A DNA stretch of 64,000 nucleotides, taken from positions 70,163 to 134,162 of the forward strand of contig JBAZKA010000002.1 of assembly GCA_041651015.1 (NCBI GenBank). The letters are read 5' to 3'. This DNA is from Patescibacteria group bacterium (GTDB lineage Bacteria; Patescibacteriota; Patescibacteriia; Magasanikbacterales; GWA2-37-8). This document shows, piece after piece, positions 1 through 8,412 of this stretch. Position numbers and translations under genes: made by a program. The notes beneath the pieces were generated by a model that was not told the origin of the DNA, did no database searches, and worked only from the letters and a program-made list of their open reading frames with translations. Numbering within the stretch: position 1 is the stretch's first letter; the number at the start of each line of letters is the position of its first letter.

Positions 1-403
1 CATGGAAGGAACTAATAAACCTGACTACGGCAAAGCAGTGGATATTGTCACCAAAGGCGCCATCGGACAAATGATTTTACCGGCTTTAATTCCGGTTATC
101 GTTCCGATCTTAGTTGGATTCATCTTGGGTGTAGAGGCCTTGGGCGGTATGCTTGTCGGCACGATTATCACCGGCTTATTTGTAGCCATCTCCATGACTA
201 CAGGTGGCGGCGCTTGGGACAATGCCAAAAAATTCATTGAAGAAGGCAACCACGGTGGCAAGGGCTCATTTGCCCATCAAGCCGCGGTGACTGGTGATAC
301 GGTTGGTGATCCCTACAAGGACACTGCCGGTCCGGCCATTAATCCGATGATTAAAGTGGCGAACATTGTGGCACTGTTGATTGTGGGGTTGTTGATAAAA
401 TAA
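1..403 (+). CDS. hppA: Membrane-bound H+/Na+-translocating pyrophosphatase, C-terminal part (5' truncated by window)
   Basis: Motifs GGAWDNAKK and [21 protein letters not shown]. Confidence 0.95.
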   Translation, partial: MEGTNKPDYGKAVDIVTKGAIGQMILPALIPVIVPILVGFILGVEALGGMLVGTIITGLFVAISMTTGGGAWDNAKKFIEEGNHGGKGSFAHQAAVTGDTVGDPYKDTAGPAINPMIKVANIVALLIVGLLIK

Positions 404-415
404 ACAATATTACAC

Positions 416-448
416 AAAAAAACCCGGCCATCTTGGTCGGGTTTTTTT
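416..448 (+). terminator. Intrinsic terminator after hppA
   Basis: A-run, AACCCGGCCA-tct-TGGTCGGGTT stem, then T-run. Confidence 0.8.
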
Positions 449-463
449 GATACCTGCCTGAAA

Positions 464-492
464 TTGACATGATTCCCGAATTGTATTATAGT
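464..492 (+). promoter_or_regulatory. Sigma70 promoter of the orphan gene at 533
   Basis: TTGACA-17bp-TATAGT; boxA-like TGCTCTTT at 500; SD AAGGAGG at 521. Confidence 0.7.
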
Positions 493-532
493 ATGACGAT
501 GCTCTTTTGAGGGCTAAAGAAAGGAGGGCGCA

Positions 533-1021
533 ATGGCGAAACAACAGCATAACGTCTATCATATTATTCGCGACCTGCAAAATGAATTGGATAGTCTGCT
601 CGATACCATCATGGAAATGCTCGGAAGGGAGACTCTGGAAGACGGCAAGCCATACAAAAATCCAGGAGCCGACCTCGCGATCATCTCGGAGACGTTGCGT
701 GGAATGGTCGGGGTTTTGCACGGATTCAATGACGACAGCCAACGGAGGAAAGCCCTCGTCAGTGCCGCGGCCGCGCGCCCGACAATACCGCCCGATACAA
801 CCATCCCGCCACCGGCACAGCCTGGTGCAAAAACGATCGTAGAAGTTGGCGGACAGGCAAGTCGCGGCGACGAGACTCAAGTGATACGTGGACGTGGCGA
901 CACGCCACCGGCTCATCAAGCGCCGCGGGAGAGACGCCAAACTGGTCTGCGCGACCCCGTCGTATCCAAACACGCCGGTGTCTATGGTGTGCAAACACTC
1001 CAAGAGTTGCTCCACAAGTAA
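533..1021 (+). CDS. Hypothetical protein (helical N-terminus, Pro-rich disordered C-terminus)
   Basis: 162-aa ORF with own promoter, strong SD and downstream hairpin (cccagcc...ggctggg). Confidence 0.65.
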   Translation: MAKQQHNVYHIIRDLQNELDSLLDTIMEMLGRETLEDGKPYKNPGADLAIISETLRGMVGVLHGFNDDSQRRKALVSAAAARPTIPPDTTIPPPAQPGAKTIVEVGGQASRGDETQVIRGRGDTPPAHQAPRERRQTGLRDPVVSKHAGVYGVQTLQELLHK

Positions 1022-1124
1022 ACCCTCGCCCCAGCCTTCGCAGGCTGGGGCTCATCATTTATTGACACTTTTCTCGTTTTCCATTAAACTTCCCATACAA
1101 AAAATATTTACTAACAATTACCTT

Positions 1125-2438
1125 ATGTCACACGAACTCAAAAAACTGGATAAGTCACAAGTTGAATTAACCATTACCGTGGCCCCGGCTGATTATCAGC
1201 ACGCCTTGGAACACGCAGCCAAACATTTATCCGAAGTCGCTGCCATCAAGGGTTTCCGCCCGGGCACGGCGCCTTATGATATTGTGAAACAACAAGTCGG
1301 CGAGCAACGAATCCTGGAAACCGCGCTGGAAGAAATCGTGCGTGAGAATTATTACAAAGCCGTGGACGCGGAAAAATTGGAAACCGTGGGCATGCCCCTC
1401 GTCTCCATGGAAAAGGTGGCCATGGGTAATGATATTATTTTCAAAGCCACAGTTGCCCTGATGCCAGAAATTAAATTAGCTGATTTCAAAAAAATTAAAG
1501 TGGAAGTTAAATCCACCGAAGTTGGCGACAAAGAACTTGATACGGCCATGAATGATTTGCGCAAAATGCGTTTGAAAGAAGCGGCCAAAAAAGAACCGGC
1601 GACCAAAGATGACAAGGTGGTCGTGGACATGAATATGTTTATTGATAAAGTAGCGGTAGAGGGCGGTTGGGCCAAAGACCACCAAGTATATTTATCCGAA
1701 GGACATTATATCCCGGGCTTTGCCGAGCAACTGGTCGGTTTGAAAAAAGATGATGACAAAAAATTCAATCTTAAATTTCCGGCCGAACATTACCAGAAAC
1801 AATTAGCCGGCAAAGATGTGGATTTTGAAGTCAAAGTGAAAGAAGTATATTCGTTGGAATTGCCGGAACTAAACGATGACTTTGCCAAAGGCTTGGGACA
1901 AAAAGATATTGCCACTTTGAAAAATCTGCTCAAAGATAATTTGACGCACGAGGCCGAACACAAAGAAGCGCAACGCCAAGAGGCCGAGATTTTGGAAAAA
2001 ATTGTGGAAGCGAGTAAATTCAGTGACATCCCGGATGTGCTTATCAAATCCGAAAAACAAAAAATGTTTAACGAACTCAAACATGATTTGGAACATCGCG
2101 GAATTGAAATTGAGCAGTATTTGAATGACATCAAAAAAACCGAAGACCAAATTTATAAGGACTTTGAAGATGGCGCAATGAAACGCGTGAAGGCGGCTCT
2201 GGTCGCGAGACAAGTGGCGATGGATAACAAAATCACGGCCGAAAAAGATGAGATCAACAAAGAAATTGAATTGGTCAAAGCCACTTATGGCAATGACCCG
2301 AAAGTAGAAGAAAATTTGAAAAATCCCGAAGTGCTGGATACCATTGCCCGCATGGTACAAAATCGCAAAGTGGTGGAATTCTTAAAACACACCATTATCG
2401 GAACTACTGATCCAAAACATCATTGCGAACACTGCTAA
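1125..2438 (+). CDS. tig: Trigger factor
   Basis: IKGFRPG ribosome-binding motif, FKBP-like YIPGFAEQLVG; start reassigned to ATG 1125. Confidence 0.95.
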   Translation: MSHELKKLDKSQVELTITVAPADYQHALEHAAKHLSEVAAIKGFRPGTAPYDIVKQQVGEQRILETALEEIVRENYYKAVDAEKLETVGMPLVSMEKVAMGNDIIFKATVALMPEIKLADFKKIKVEVKSTEVGDKELDTAMNDLRKMRLKEAAKKEPATKDDKVVVDMNMFIDKVAVEGGWAKDHQVYLSEGHYIPGFAEQLVGLKKDDDKKFNLKFPAEHYQKQLAGKDVDFEVKVKEVYSLELPELNDDFAKGLGQKDIATLKNLLKDNLTHEAEHKEAQRQEAEILEKIVEASKFSDIPDVLIKSEKQKMFNELKHDLEHRGIEIEQYLNDIKKTEDQIYKDFEDGAMKRVKAALVARQVAMDNKITAEKDEINKEIELVKATYGNDPKVEENLKNPEVLDTIARMVQNRKVVEFLKHTIIGTTDPKHHCEHC

Positions 2439-2664
2439 TGAATGATTGAAATGATGTAAATGATAAAATTGATGAAGATGATAAAACCGTCCGTTTAGGC
2501 TGACGGTTTTGTTTTTTGAAAACAAAAAAGGCCTTTGATTTCCGTTCGGCTAGCGCTTCGGGCAAGTATCTGATACCCCGTTGGGTTTACTAATTCATAT
2601 AATTATTGCTATAATTCTAATATACAATTCTATATTCTGCATTCAACATTCAATATTCTCTTTT

Positions 2665-3504
2665 ATGCTTTTCGGCGCCCACGTCTCAATTGCCGGCGGA
2701 CTGATAAACGCTCCCAAAAACGCGGCTGATTTGGGTTGCGAGGTTTTTCAAATGTTCACCCGTTCGCCTCAAGGTGGATTTGTCGCGCCTTTGGACGAAA
2801 ATATTGCCAAAGAATTCAAATCCGCTTGCAAAGAATTCGGTCAAAAAGAATGGTATGTGCACACGCCGTATTTTATCAATTTTGCTTCGGCCAACCCGCG
2901 CATCAAACACGCTTCCATCGCCGTGGTACGCGAGGAATTGGAACGCGCTTCCTTGCTTGGTGCTAAATATTTAATGACCCACCTTGGAAGTTTTGCTTCA
3001 CTCGGCAAAGAAAAAGGCTTTCCCCAATTAATCAAATCACTGGATGAAATGTTGAGCGGATACAAAGGCAAAACAAAATTTCTGATTGAAATATCGGCCG
3101 GCGCCGGTGAAATTATCGGTGGAAATTTTGAAAGCATTGCCGAAGTTATCAATCACCCGAAATTAATAAAATACGATATCGACGTTTGTTTCGACACACA
3201 GCACGCGTTTGCCTCGGGCTATGATTTGCGCGATGCAAGCGCAGTGAAAATAACTTTTGATACTTTTGATAAAATAATCGGTTTGGATAAATTAAAAATT
3301 TCTCATTGCAATGATTCCAAAACCGACTGTAATTCGCACAGCGACCACCACGCGCATATTGGCCAAGGTAAAATCGGAATTGAAGGATTCCGCGCGTTAA
3401 TCGCGGACAAACGCTTGACAAAAGTAAATTTCATTTTGGAAACAAAACCAGACGCGGTAAAAGAGGATTTGGAAATGTTAAAAAAACTTCGGTTGTCATT
3501 CTGA
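2665..3504 (+). CDS. nfo: Endonuclease IV (AP endonuclease)
   Basis: FGAHVSIAGG, HTPYFIN, CFDTQH, HCNDSK, HAHIGQG motifs. Confidence 0.93.
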   Translation: MLFGAHVSIAGGLINAPKNAADLGCEVFQMFTRSPQGGFVAPLDENIAKEFKSACKEFGQKEWYVHTPYFINFASANPRIKHASIAVVREELERASLLGAKYLMTHLGSFASLGKEKGFPQLIKSLDEMLSGYKGKTKFLIEISAGAGEIIGGNFESIAEVINHPKLIKYDIDVCFDTQHAFASGYDLRDASAVKITFDTFDKIIGLDKLKISHCNDSKTDCNSHSDHHAHIGQGKIGIEGFRALIADKRLTKVNFILETKPDAVKEDLEMLKKLRLSF

Positions 3505-3520
3505 GTGAAGCGAAGAATCC
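3495..3520 (+). repeat. REP-like palindromic element arm GTCATTCTGAGTGAAGCGAAGAATCC
   Basis: Self-complementary arm starting GTCAT; supplies the nfo stop codon. Confidence 0.55.
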
Positions 3521-3650
3521 CTTGTCGCGTTGGCGCTCACGAAAATAATTGACCCCTTCCTCCCTAGACTTCGCCCTCGTCCGGCCTAGGCGGACGGCTC
3601 GTCAGATGGTCGTCAGGAGTAAATTTTTTCCGCTCGCTAAAACCTTTAAT

Positions 3651-3872
3651 ATGCGCTATTCCATTCACGTCATCCCGCGTTCATCAAAAAATTTAATAAC
3701 CGAGATGGGGGACGGCACGCTTAAAATAAAATTAACCGCCGCGCCCGTGGATAACGAAGCCAATATCAAGCTCGTGAAATTATTATCCGAACATTTTGAC
3801 GTGGCAAAATCCAAAATTAAAATCGTGAGCGGCCTCACGAGTAAAAATAAAATTATAGAGGTGTCATCCTGA
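3651..3872 (+). CDS. DUF167/YggU family protein
   Basis: IHVIPRSSKN, KIKLTAAPVDNEAN, IKIVSGLTSKNK. Confidence 0.88.
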   Translation: MRYSIHVIPRSSKNLITEMGDGTLKIKLTAAPVDNEANIKLVKLLSEHFDVAKSKIKIVSGLTSKNKIIEVSS

Positions 3873-3942
3873 ACTTGTTTCAGGATCTTTCGGTGTTCGT
3901 AAAAAAATAGTATTAAAGATGCTGAAACAAGTTCAGCATGAC
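3863..3942. repeat. REP-like inverted repeat with 28-bp arms
   Basis: GTCATCCTGAACTTGTTTCAGGATCTTT ... AAAGATGCTGAAACAAGTTCAGCATGAC (26/28 complementary; each arm also palindromic); supplies the DUF167 stop codon. Confidence 0.75.
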
Positions 3943-3949
3943 GCGCGAC

Positions 3950-4222
3950 TCACGGCAAATCCACTCCGCCGTGGCTCCACGGATTGCATCGTAAAATTCG
4001 CCAAATGGTTTTCGGTACGCCTCGCACGAGGCCGTATTTTTTTATTGATTGATAACCGTACTCACTGCAAGTCGGATGAAACCGGCACACACCGGGCGCG
4101 AAAAAACCTTTCATGGGACCATGGTCGGGTGAAAACGTCTTTTGATACAAGCGAATCAGCCACAAAACAGGAATACGAGGCAAAAATATTATTAATTGTA
4201 ATGCTTTTTTCGGAATGCTCAT
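3950..4222 (-). CDS. yidD: Membrane protein insertion efficiency factor
   Basis: [18 protein letters not shown]; downstream of rnpA. Confidence 0.95.
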   Translation of the reverse strand: MSIPKKALQLIIFLPRIPVLWLIRLYQKTFSPDHGPMKGFFAPGVCRFHPTCSEYGYQSIKKYGLVRGVPKTIWRILRCNPWSHGGVDLP

Positions 4223-4611
4223 ATTCTCACCCCGCTTTTTTTCAACAATAAATCTGTCTCTTCGCTAATTTTGGCGTAATCCAAGTCCATTGATCCTTTC
4301 TTGGCGACAAATAACAAGTAATATCCATTCTTGATTCTGCCGTCCTTCACCAGCAAGCGAACCACCTCGCGCATCTGCCGGCGTAAGCGATTGCGCTTGA
4401 CTGCGCTTTTTGACAGCTTTAATCCCACGGCAAAGGCTATCTTTAGCTGTTTTTCAAAATCATTTGGCTCAATTTTTTTCGGAAAAAAGTCCCGATTTTT
4501 GGCTAATTCCAGATACTTGAGGTCAAAAAACTCAGCATTGGCCCACCGGCCCCGCTTCATTACCAAATTAAAGTCCCTGGTTTTCTTCAAACGATTGTCT
4601 GGCTTGAGCAT
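4219..4611 (-). CDS. rnpA: Ribonuclease P protein component
   Basis: [20 protein letters not shown] (RNR motif); follows rpmH. Confidence 0.93.
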   Translation of the reverse strand: MLKPDNRLKKTRDFNLVMKRGRWANAEFFDLKYLELAKNRDFFPKKIEPNDFEKQLKIAFAVGLKLSKSAVKRNRLRRQMREVVRLLVKDGRIKNGYYLLFVAKKGSMDLDYAKISEETDLLLKKSGVRI

Positions 4612-4662
4612 AACACTCTCATTATACCACAAAAGCCCGCTTTCACGGACTTTTGTTGATTA

Positions 4663-4839
4663 TTATTTGGTTTTGCGCGTTCTCTTGCCCTTGCGCTCAT
4701 TGGAAACCGTTAATTTCTTGCGTCCTTTGGCGCGGCGGCGGCTCAGTACCGTGCGACCGCCCGCTGTGCTCATACGCTTTCTAAATCCGTGGGTTTTAGC
4801 GCGTTTTTTCTTGTTTGGTTGGTATTTTCTGAGTGGCAT
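4663..4839 (-). CDS. rpmH: 50S ribosomal protein L34 (58 aa, basic C-terminal extension; absent from ORF track)
   Basis: Manual translation [58 protein letters not shown]; divergent from dnaA. Confidence 0.95.
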   Translation of the reverse strand: MPLRKYQPNKKKRAKTHGFRKRMSTAGGRTVLSRRRAKGRKKLTVSNERKGKRTRKTK

Positions 4840-4930
4840 ATCATTTTATATATTGCTTTTTTTAATTGAACAATGATAGCATACTCTAATCCATGAATCA
4901 AGTCAAGTTTTAGGGGGTCTCACTAAGCAG

Positions 4931-4950
4931 TTATCCACAGTTCGTCCACA
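4931..4950 (+). promoter_or_regulatory. DnaA boxes upstream of dnaA
   Basis: TTATCCACA at 4931 plus degenerate TCGTCCACA. Confidence 0.7.
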
Positions 4951-5029
4951 TTTTTTTAACCTCCCTTAACTGTTTATTTTCGCTAAACAGTGATAAAATT
5001 TACTTACTTTAAAAATAGAGCATTCACTT

Positions 5030-6448
5030 ATGAACAATGCCGAAATTTGGCAGGCCGTACTCGGAGAACTAGAGCTTTCCATCTCAAAAGCGAACTTTGT
5101 CACCTGGTTCAAAAACACCGGTATCATTACTGTCCAAGACGGACAAGTGATTTTGTGCGTACCCAACAACTTTGCTCAGGCTTGGTTTGAAAAAAAATAT
5201 CATCAAATGATAATTAAGTCGTTGGAACGCATCATGGGTAAACCGGTGCGCCGATTAGAATATAAAATAGACAACATTAAAAATTTAGTGGAACAGGCGG
5301 CGGCAGATTTACAAAACACCGCGGTTGAATCCTACAACACCTACGCGGACATGGCCGCCTCAGTGAATTCCACTGAACGTTCCGCCCCTCAACGCGCAGC
5401 TTCGCAAAACGGTGTATTTGTATTAAATCCAAAATATACTTTTGAAACTTTTGTCGTCGGTTCCGGATCAGAACTGGCTTATGCCGCGGCCAAGGCCGTG
5501 GCCGAACGTCCGGGCGAGGCGTACAATCCGCTTTTCATTTATGGCGGTGTCGGTTTGGGCAAAACCCATTTGATCCAAGCCCTGGGTAATCAGGTTCTGA
5601 AAAATAATCCGGCGGCGCGCGTGCTTTATGTGACCGCCGAGAAATTTTCCAATGATTTTATTCAATCGGTCAAAGATGGCAATGCGAAAGATTTTCAAAA
5701 TCATTATCGCAATATTGATTTGCTCATGATTGATGATATCCAATTCATCGCCGGCAAAGATCGCACGCAAGAATCTTTTTTTCATACTTTCAACGAGCTA
5801 CACCAGCAGAACAAACAACTTGTGCTCACTTCGGATCGTCCACCCAAAGCCATACCGGCGTTGGAAGACCGTTTGAAGTCGCGTTTTGAGTGGGGGATGA
5901 TCGCGGATATCACCATGCCGGACTTTGAAACTCGCGTCGCTATTTTACAAAAGAAATGCGCTGAGAAAAATTTTATTGGTATGGACGAAAGAATTCTCTC
6001 CGCCATTGCCGCCACCATCCAATCAAACATCCGCGAACTGGAAGGCTCGCTTAATAAAATTATCGCTTACCATCAACTGAAAAACATTACCCCTTCCGTG
6101 GAATCGGTTAAATCCGTGCTTTCATCCATTGAGGCGGCCTCCATGAAACAATCTTTAACCGCTAAACAGGTCTTGGAGACAGTCGGCTCCTTTTACAGCA
6201 TTCAAGCCGACATGATTATCAACAAAAGCCGGGAAAAACGCGTTTCTTACCCGCGCCAAATCATTATGTATTTGCTCCGAGAAGAACTCAAGATGTCTTT
6301 TCCAAATATTGGCAATGAATTAGGCGGGCGCGATCACACTACCGCCATGCATGCTTGTGAGAAAATCCACAATGACTTGGATAATAACCCCAAGCTTAAG
6401 CAAGAAATTGAATTAATCAAGCAACGCTTGTATATAAATAATGTCTAA
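5030..6448 (+). CDS. dnaA: Chromosomal replication initiator
   Basis: YNPLFIYGGVGLGKTHL, DDIQF, GGRDHTT. Confidence 0.98.
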   Translation: MNNAEIWQAVLGELELSISKANFVTWFKNTGIITVQDGQVILCVPNNFAQAWFEKKYHQMIIKSLERIMGKPVRRLEYKIDNIKNLVEQAAADLQNTAVESYNTYADMAASVNSTERSAPQRAASQNGVFVLNPKYTFETFVVGSGSELAYAAAKAVAERPGEAYNPLFIYGGVGLGKTHLIQALGNQVLKNNPAARVLYVTAEKFSNDFIQSVKDGNAKDFQNHYRNIDLLMIDDIQFIAGKDRTQESFFHTFNELHQQNKQLVLTSDRPPKAIPALEDRLKSRFEWGMIADITMPDFETRVAILQKKCAEKNFIGMDERILSAIAATIQSNIRELEGSLNKIIAYHQLKNITPSVESVKSVLSSIEAASMKQSLTAKQVLETVGSFYSIQADMIINKSREKRVSYPRQIIMYLLREELKMSFPNIGNELGGRDHTTAMHACEKIHNDLDNNPKLKQEIELIKQRLYINNV

Positions 6449-6735
6449 TTTTGTGTATAACTTGTGGAAAAGTCGTCATTAACTCTGGATAACTTTCTTT
6501 CCTCATCCACAGAAATAAGTTATCATGCACAGTAAAATTTCCAAACCGATTTTCCTCCACCGGATACTCACATCGCAAAAAATCGGTTATCCACAAAAGC
6601 GAAGTATAAATTTATTTGATCTCAGCCAAAAAAAGAAATTATCCCCACTATTAACACCCCTTATTATTACTATTATATAAAAATATATAAATAATAATTA
6701 ATATAATAAACCCGTAAGTGCATAACTTTTAATTT
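6449..6735. other. Replication origin oriC
   Basis: dnaA-dnaN intergenic region with DnaA boxes in both orientations (TGTGTATAA, TGTGGAAAA, TCATCCACA, TTATCCACA, TTATCCCCA), then CCCC, DnaA-trio-like TTATTATTACTATTAT and an AT-rich stretch. Confidence 0.88.
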
Positions 6736-7860
6736 ATGAAATTTACCTGCATAAAAGAAAATCTGGTAAGCGCCCTCTCGCTCGTCACCGGCCTGGCGAC
6801 CAAGAGCGTTAACTTGCCGATCCTTTCTAATTTATTAATTCGCGCCGATGAACAAAAAGTGGAAATCATATCCACGAATTTGGAGTTGGCCATTGCGGTC
6901 ACGGTGCGGGCCAAAGTGGAAGCGCCAGGGACATTTACCGTGCCGGCTAGAACCCTGACGGATTTTATCAGTTTGTTGACTGACGAGAAGATTGATTTGG
7001 AATTAAAAGACAATGAATTGGTGGTCTCGTGCGGAAAATCTTCTACCAAAATTAAAGGCATGCCGGCTGATGAGTATCCGGTGATTCCCACACCCGGAGA
7101 CGGTCAAGGCTTTGTGGTGACGGCCGAGGACTTGCGTAAAGGCCTCTCACAAGTGAATATTGCGGCCGCGAGAACGGAAATTCGTCCCGAGCTCTCCGGT
7201 GTGCTTTTTGCCTTTAATTTGGAGAATAGCGGGCATTTAGTATTGGCCGCGACCGATAGTTATCGTCTGGCTGAGAAGAAAATTAAAATCCAACAAGGCA
7301 AGGAAAGTTTCCGGGTGATTGTGCCCGGACGCACGGCCCAAGAAATGAGCCATATCTTATCCGCCTCCAATGAGTTGGGTGATGAAAAAAGCGTACGGGT
7401 GATTTTGACTGATAACCAGATTGCTTTGAATTTTAACAGCGTGCAGATGATTTCACGTTTGGTGGAAGGGCAGTATCCTGATTACACGCAAATTATTCCG
7501 CGTGAGTTTAGAACTGAGGCGCGCTTTTCCGCGACTAAAATGATTAAGGAAATAAAAGCCGCCAGCTTGTTTACCACTATTGGAGTGAATGCGGTTAATT
7601 GCGATGTTATGCCCGAGGAAAATGAAATTAAAATCGCCTCCACTTCCACGCAGACCGGTGAATATAAATCCGGCCTGGAAGCGGAAATCAAAGGCGAGAA
7701 AAATTCCGTCTTACTCAATCATAAATATTTTCTGGACGGCCTTAATTGTATTTCCGGCGATGATGCCATACTCAAAATTGTGAATGGCGACAGCCCGTGC
7801 GTGTTGTCCGAACAAAGCGATGCCAATTATTTGTATATCGTGATGCCAATTAGACAGTAA
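6736..7860 (+). CDS. dnaN: DNA polymerase III beta clamp
   Basis: ATDSYRL, EGQYPDY, YIVMPIR; downstream of dnaA. Confidence 0.97.
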   Translation: MKFTCIKENLVSALSLVTGLATKSVNLPILSNLLIRADEQKVEIISTNLELAIAVTVRAKVEAPGTFTVPARTLTDFISLLTDEKIDLELKDNELVVSCGKSSTKIKGMPADEYPVIPTPGDGQGFVVTAEDLRKGLSQVNIAAARTEIRPELSGVLFAFNLENSGHLVLAATDSYRLAEKKIKIQQGKESFRVIVPGRTAQEMSHILSASNELGDEKSVRVILTDNQIALNFNSVQMISRLVEGQYPDYTQIIPREFRTEARFSATKMIKEIKAASLFTTIGVNAVNCDVMPEENEIKIASTSTQTGEYKSGLEAEIKGEKNSVLLNHKYFLDGLNCISGDDAILKIVNGDSPCVLSEQSDANYLYIVMPIRQ

Positions 7861-7995
7861 AAAGTTTGTAAAGTTATAAAGTTGAAAGTTAAAACACCGG
7901 CGGGGAGGCCGGTGTTTTGTTGACAAATGATTCACGTTATGCAAATATATAGGACAACAAACAACAAAAGCGTTGCCCAACAGGGAGGTGTAAGA

Positions 7996-8334
7996 ATGGG
8001 TGAAAGGTACAAAGTGTTCTTTGTGATATTAAAATATGGCGAATTTCGTGATTTAAAGATGGGAAAGTTGAGCTTAGCGGACTTGGGTGAAGACCGTGAT
8101 CATACATTTTATCTGCGAGTGATTCCCAGATTGGGAGAGCAGGTAAAGTTTGATGTGTTGAACCTTGACACCACCCAAGAACCTGGTGGTATTACGGGCT
8201 TTGTTAAGGTGGTGGAGCACATACCGCGAGACCCAAGCAGCTTTGGTGTGCTTGTTGAAGCTGGAAATAAAGAATCCGAAAATTGGATTGGCCGACTTTT
8301 TGTTGGGGAGGAGGTAAACCCCTTTCGTTACTAA
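7996..8334 (+). CDS. Hypothetical protein
   Basis: SD GGGAGGTG 5 nt before ATG 7996; TTGACA at 7920. Confidence 0.6.
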   Translation: MGERYKVFFVILKYGEFRDLKMGKLSLADLGEDRDHTFYLRVIPRLGEQVKFDVLNLDTTQEPGGITGFVKVVEHIPRDPSSFGVLVEAGNKESENWIGRLFVGEEVNPFRY

Positions 8335-8412
8335 GAATTTATTCTGGCAGCAGCACCTTTCACACACACTGAATTCAGACAGTTTGGCCTTCGGTATGAC
8401 CGGGGGCTTTTT

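Noticed and set aside
410-1015. 201-aa minus-strand ORF and other overlapping ORFs here
   Set aside because: Shadow of 533-1021, which has the promoter, SD and terminator
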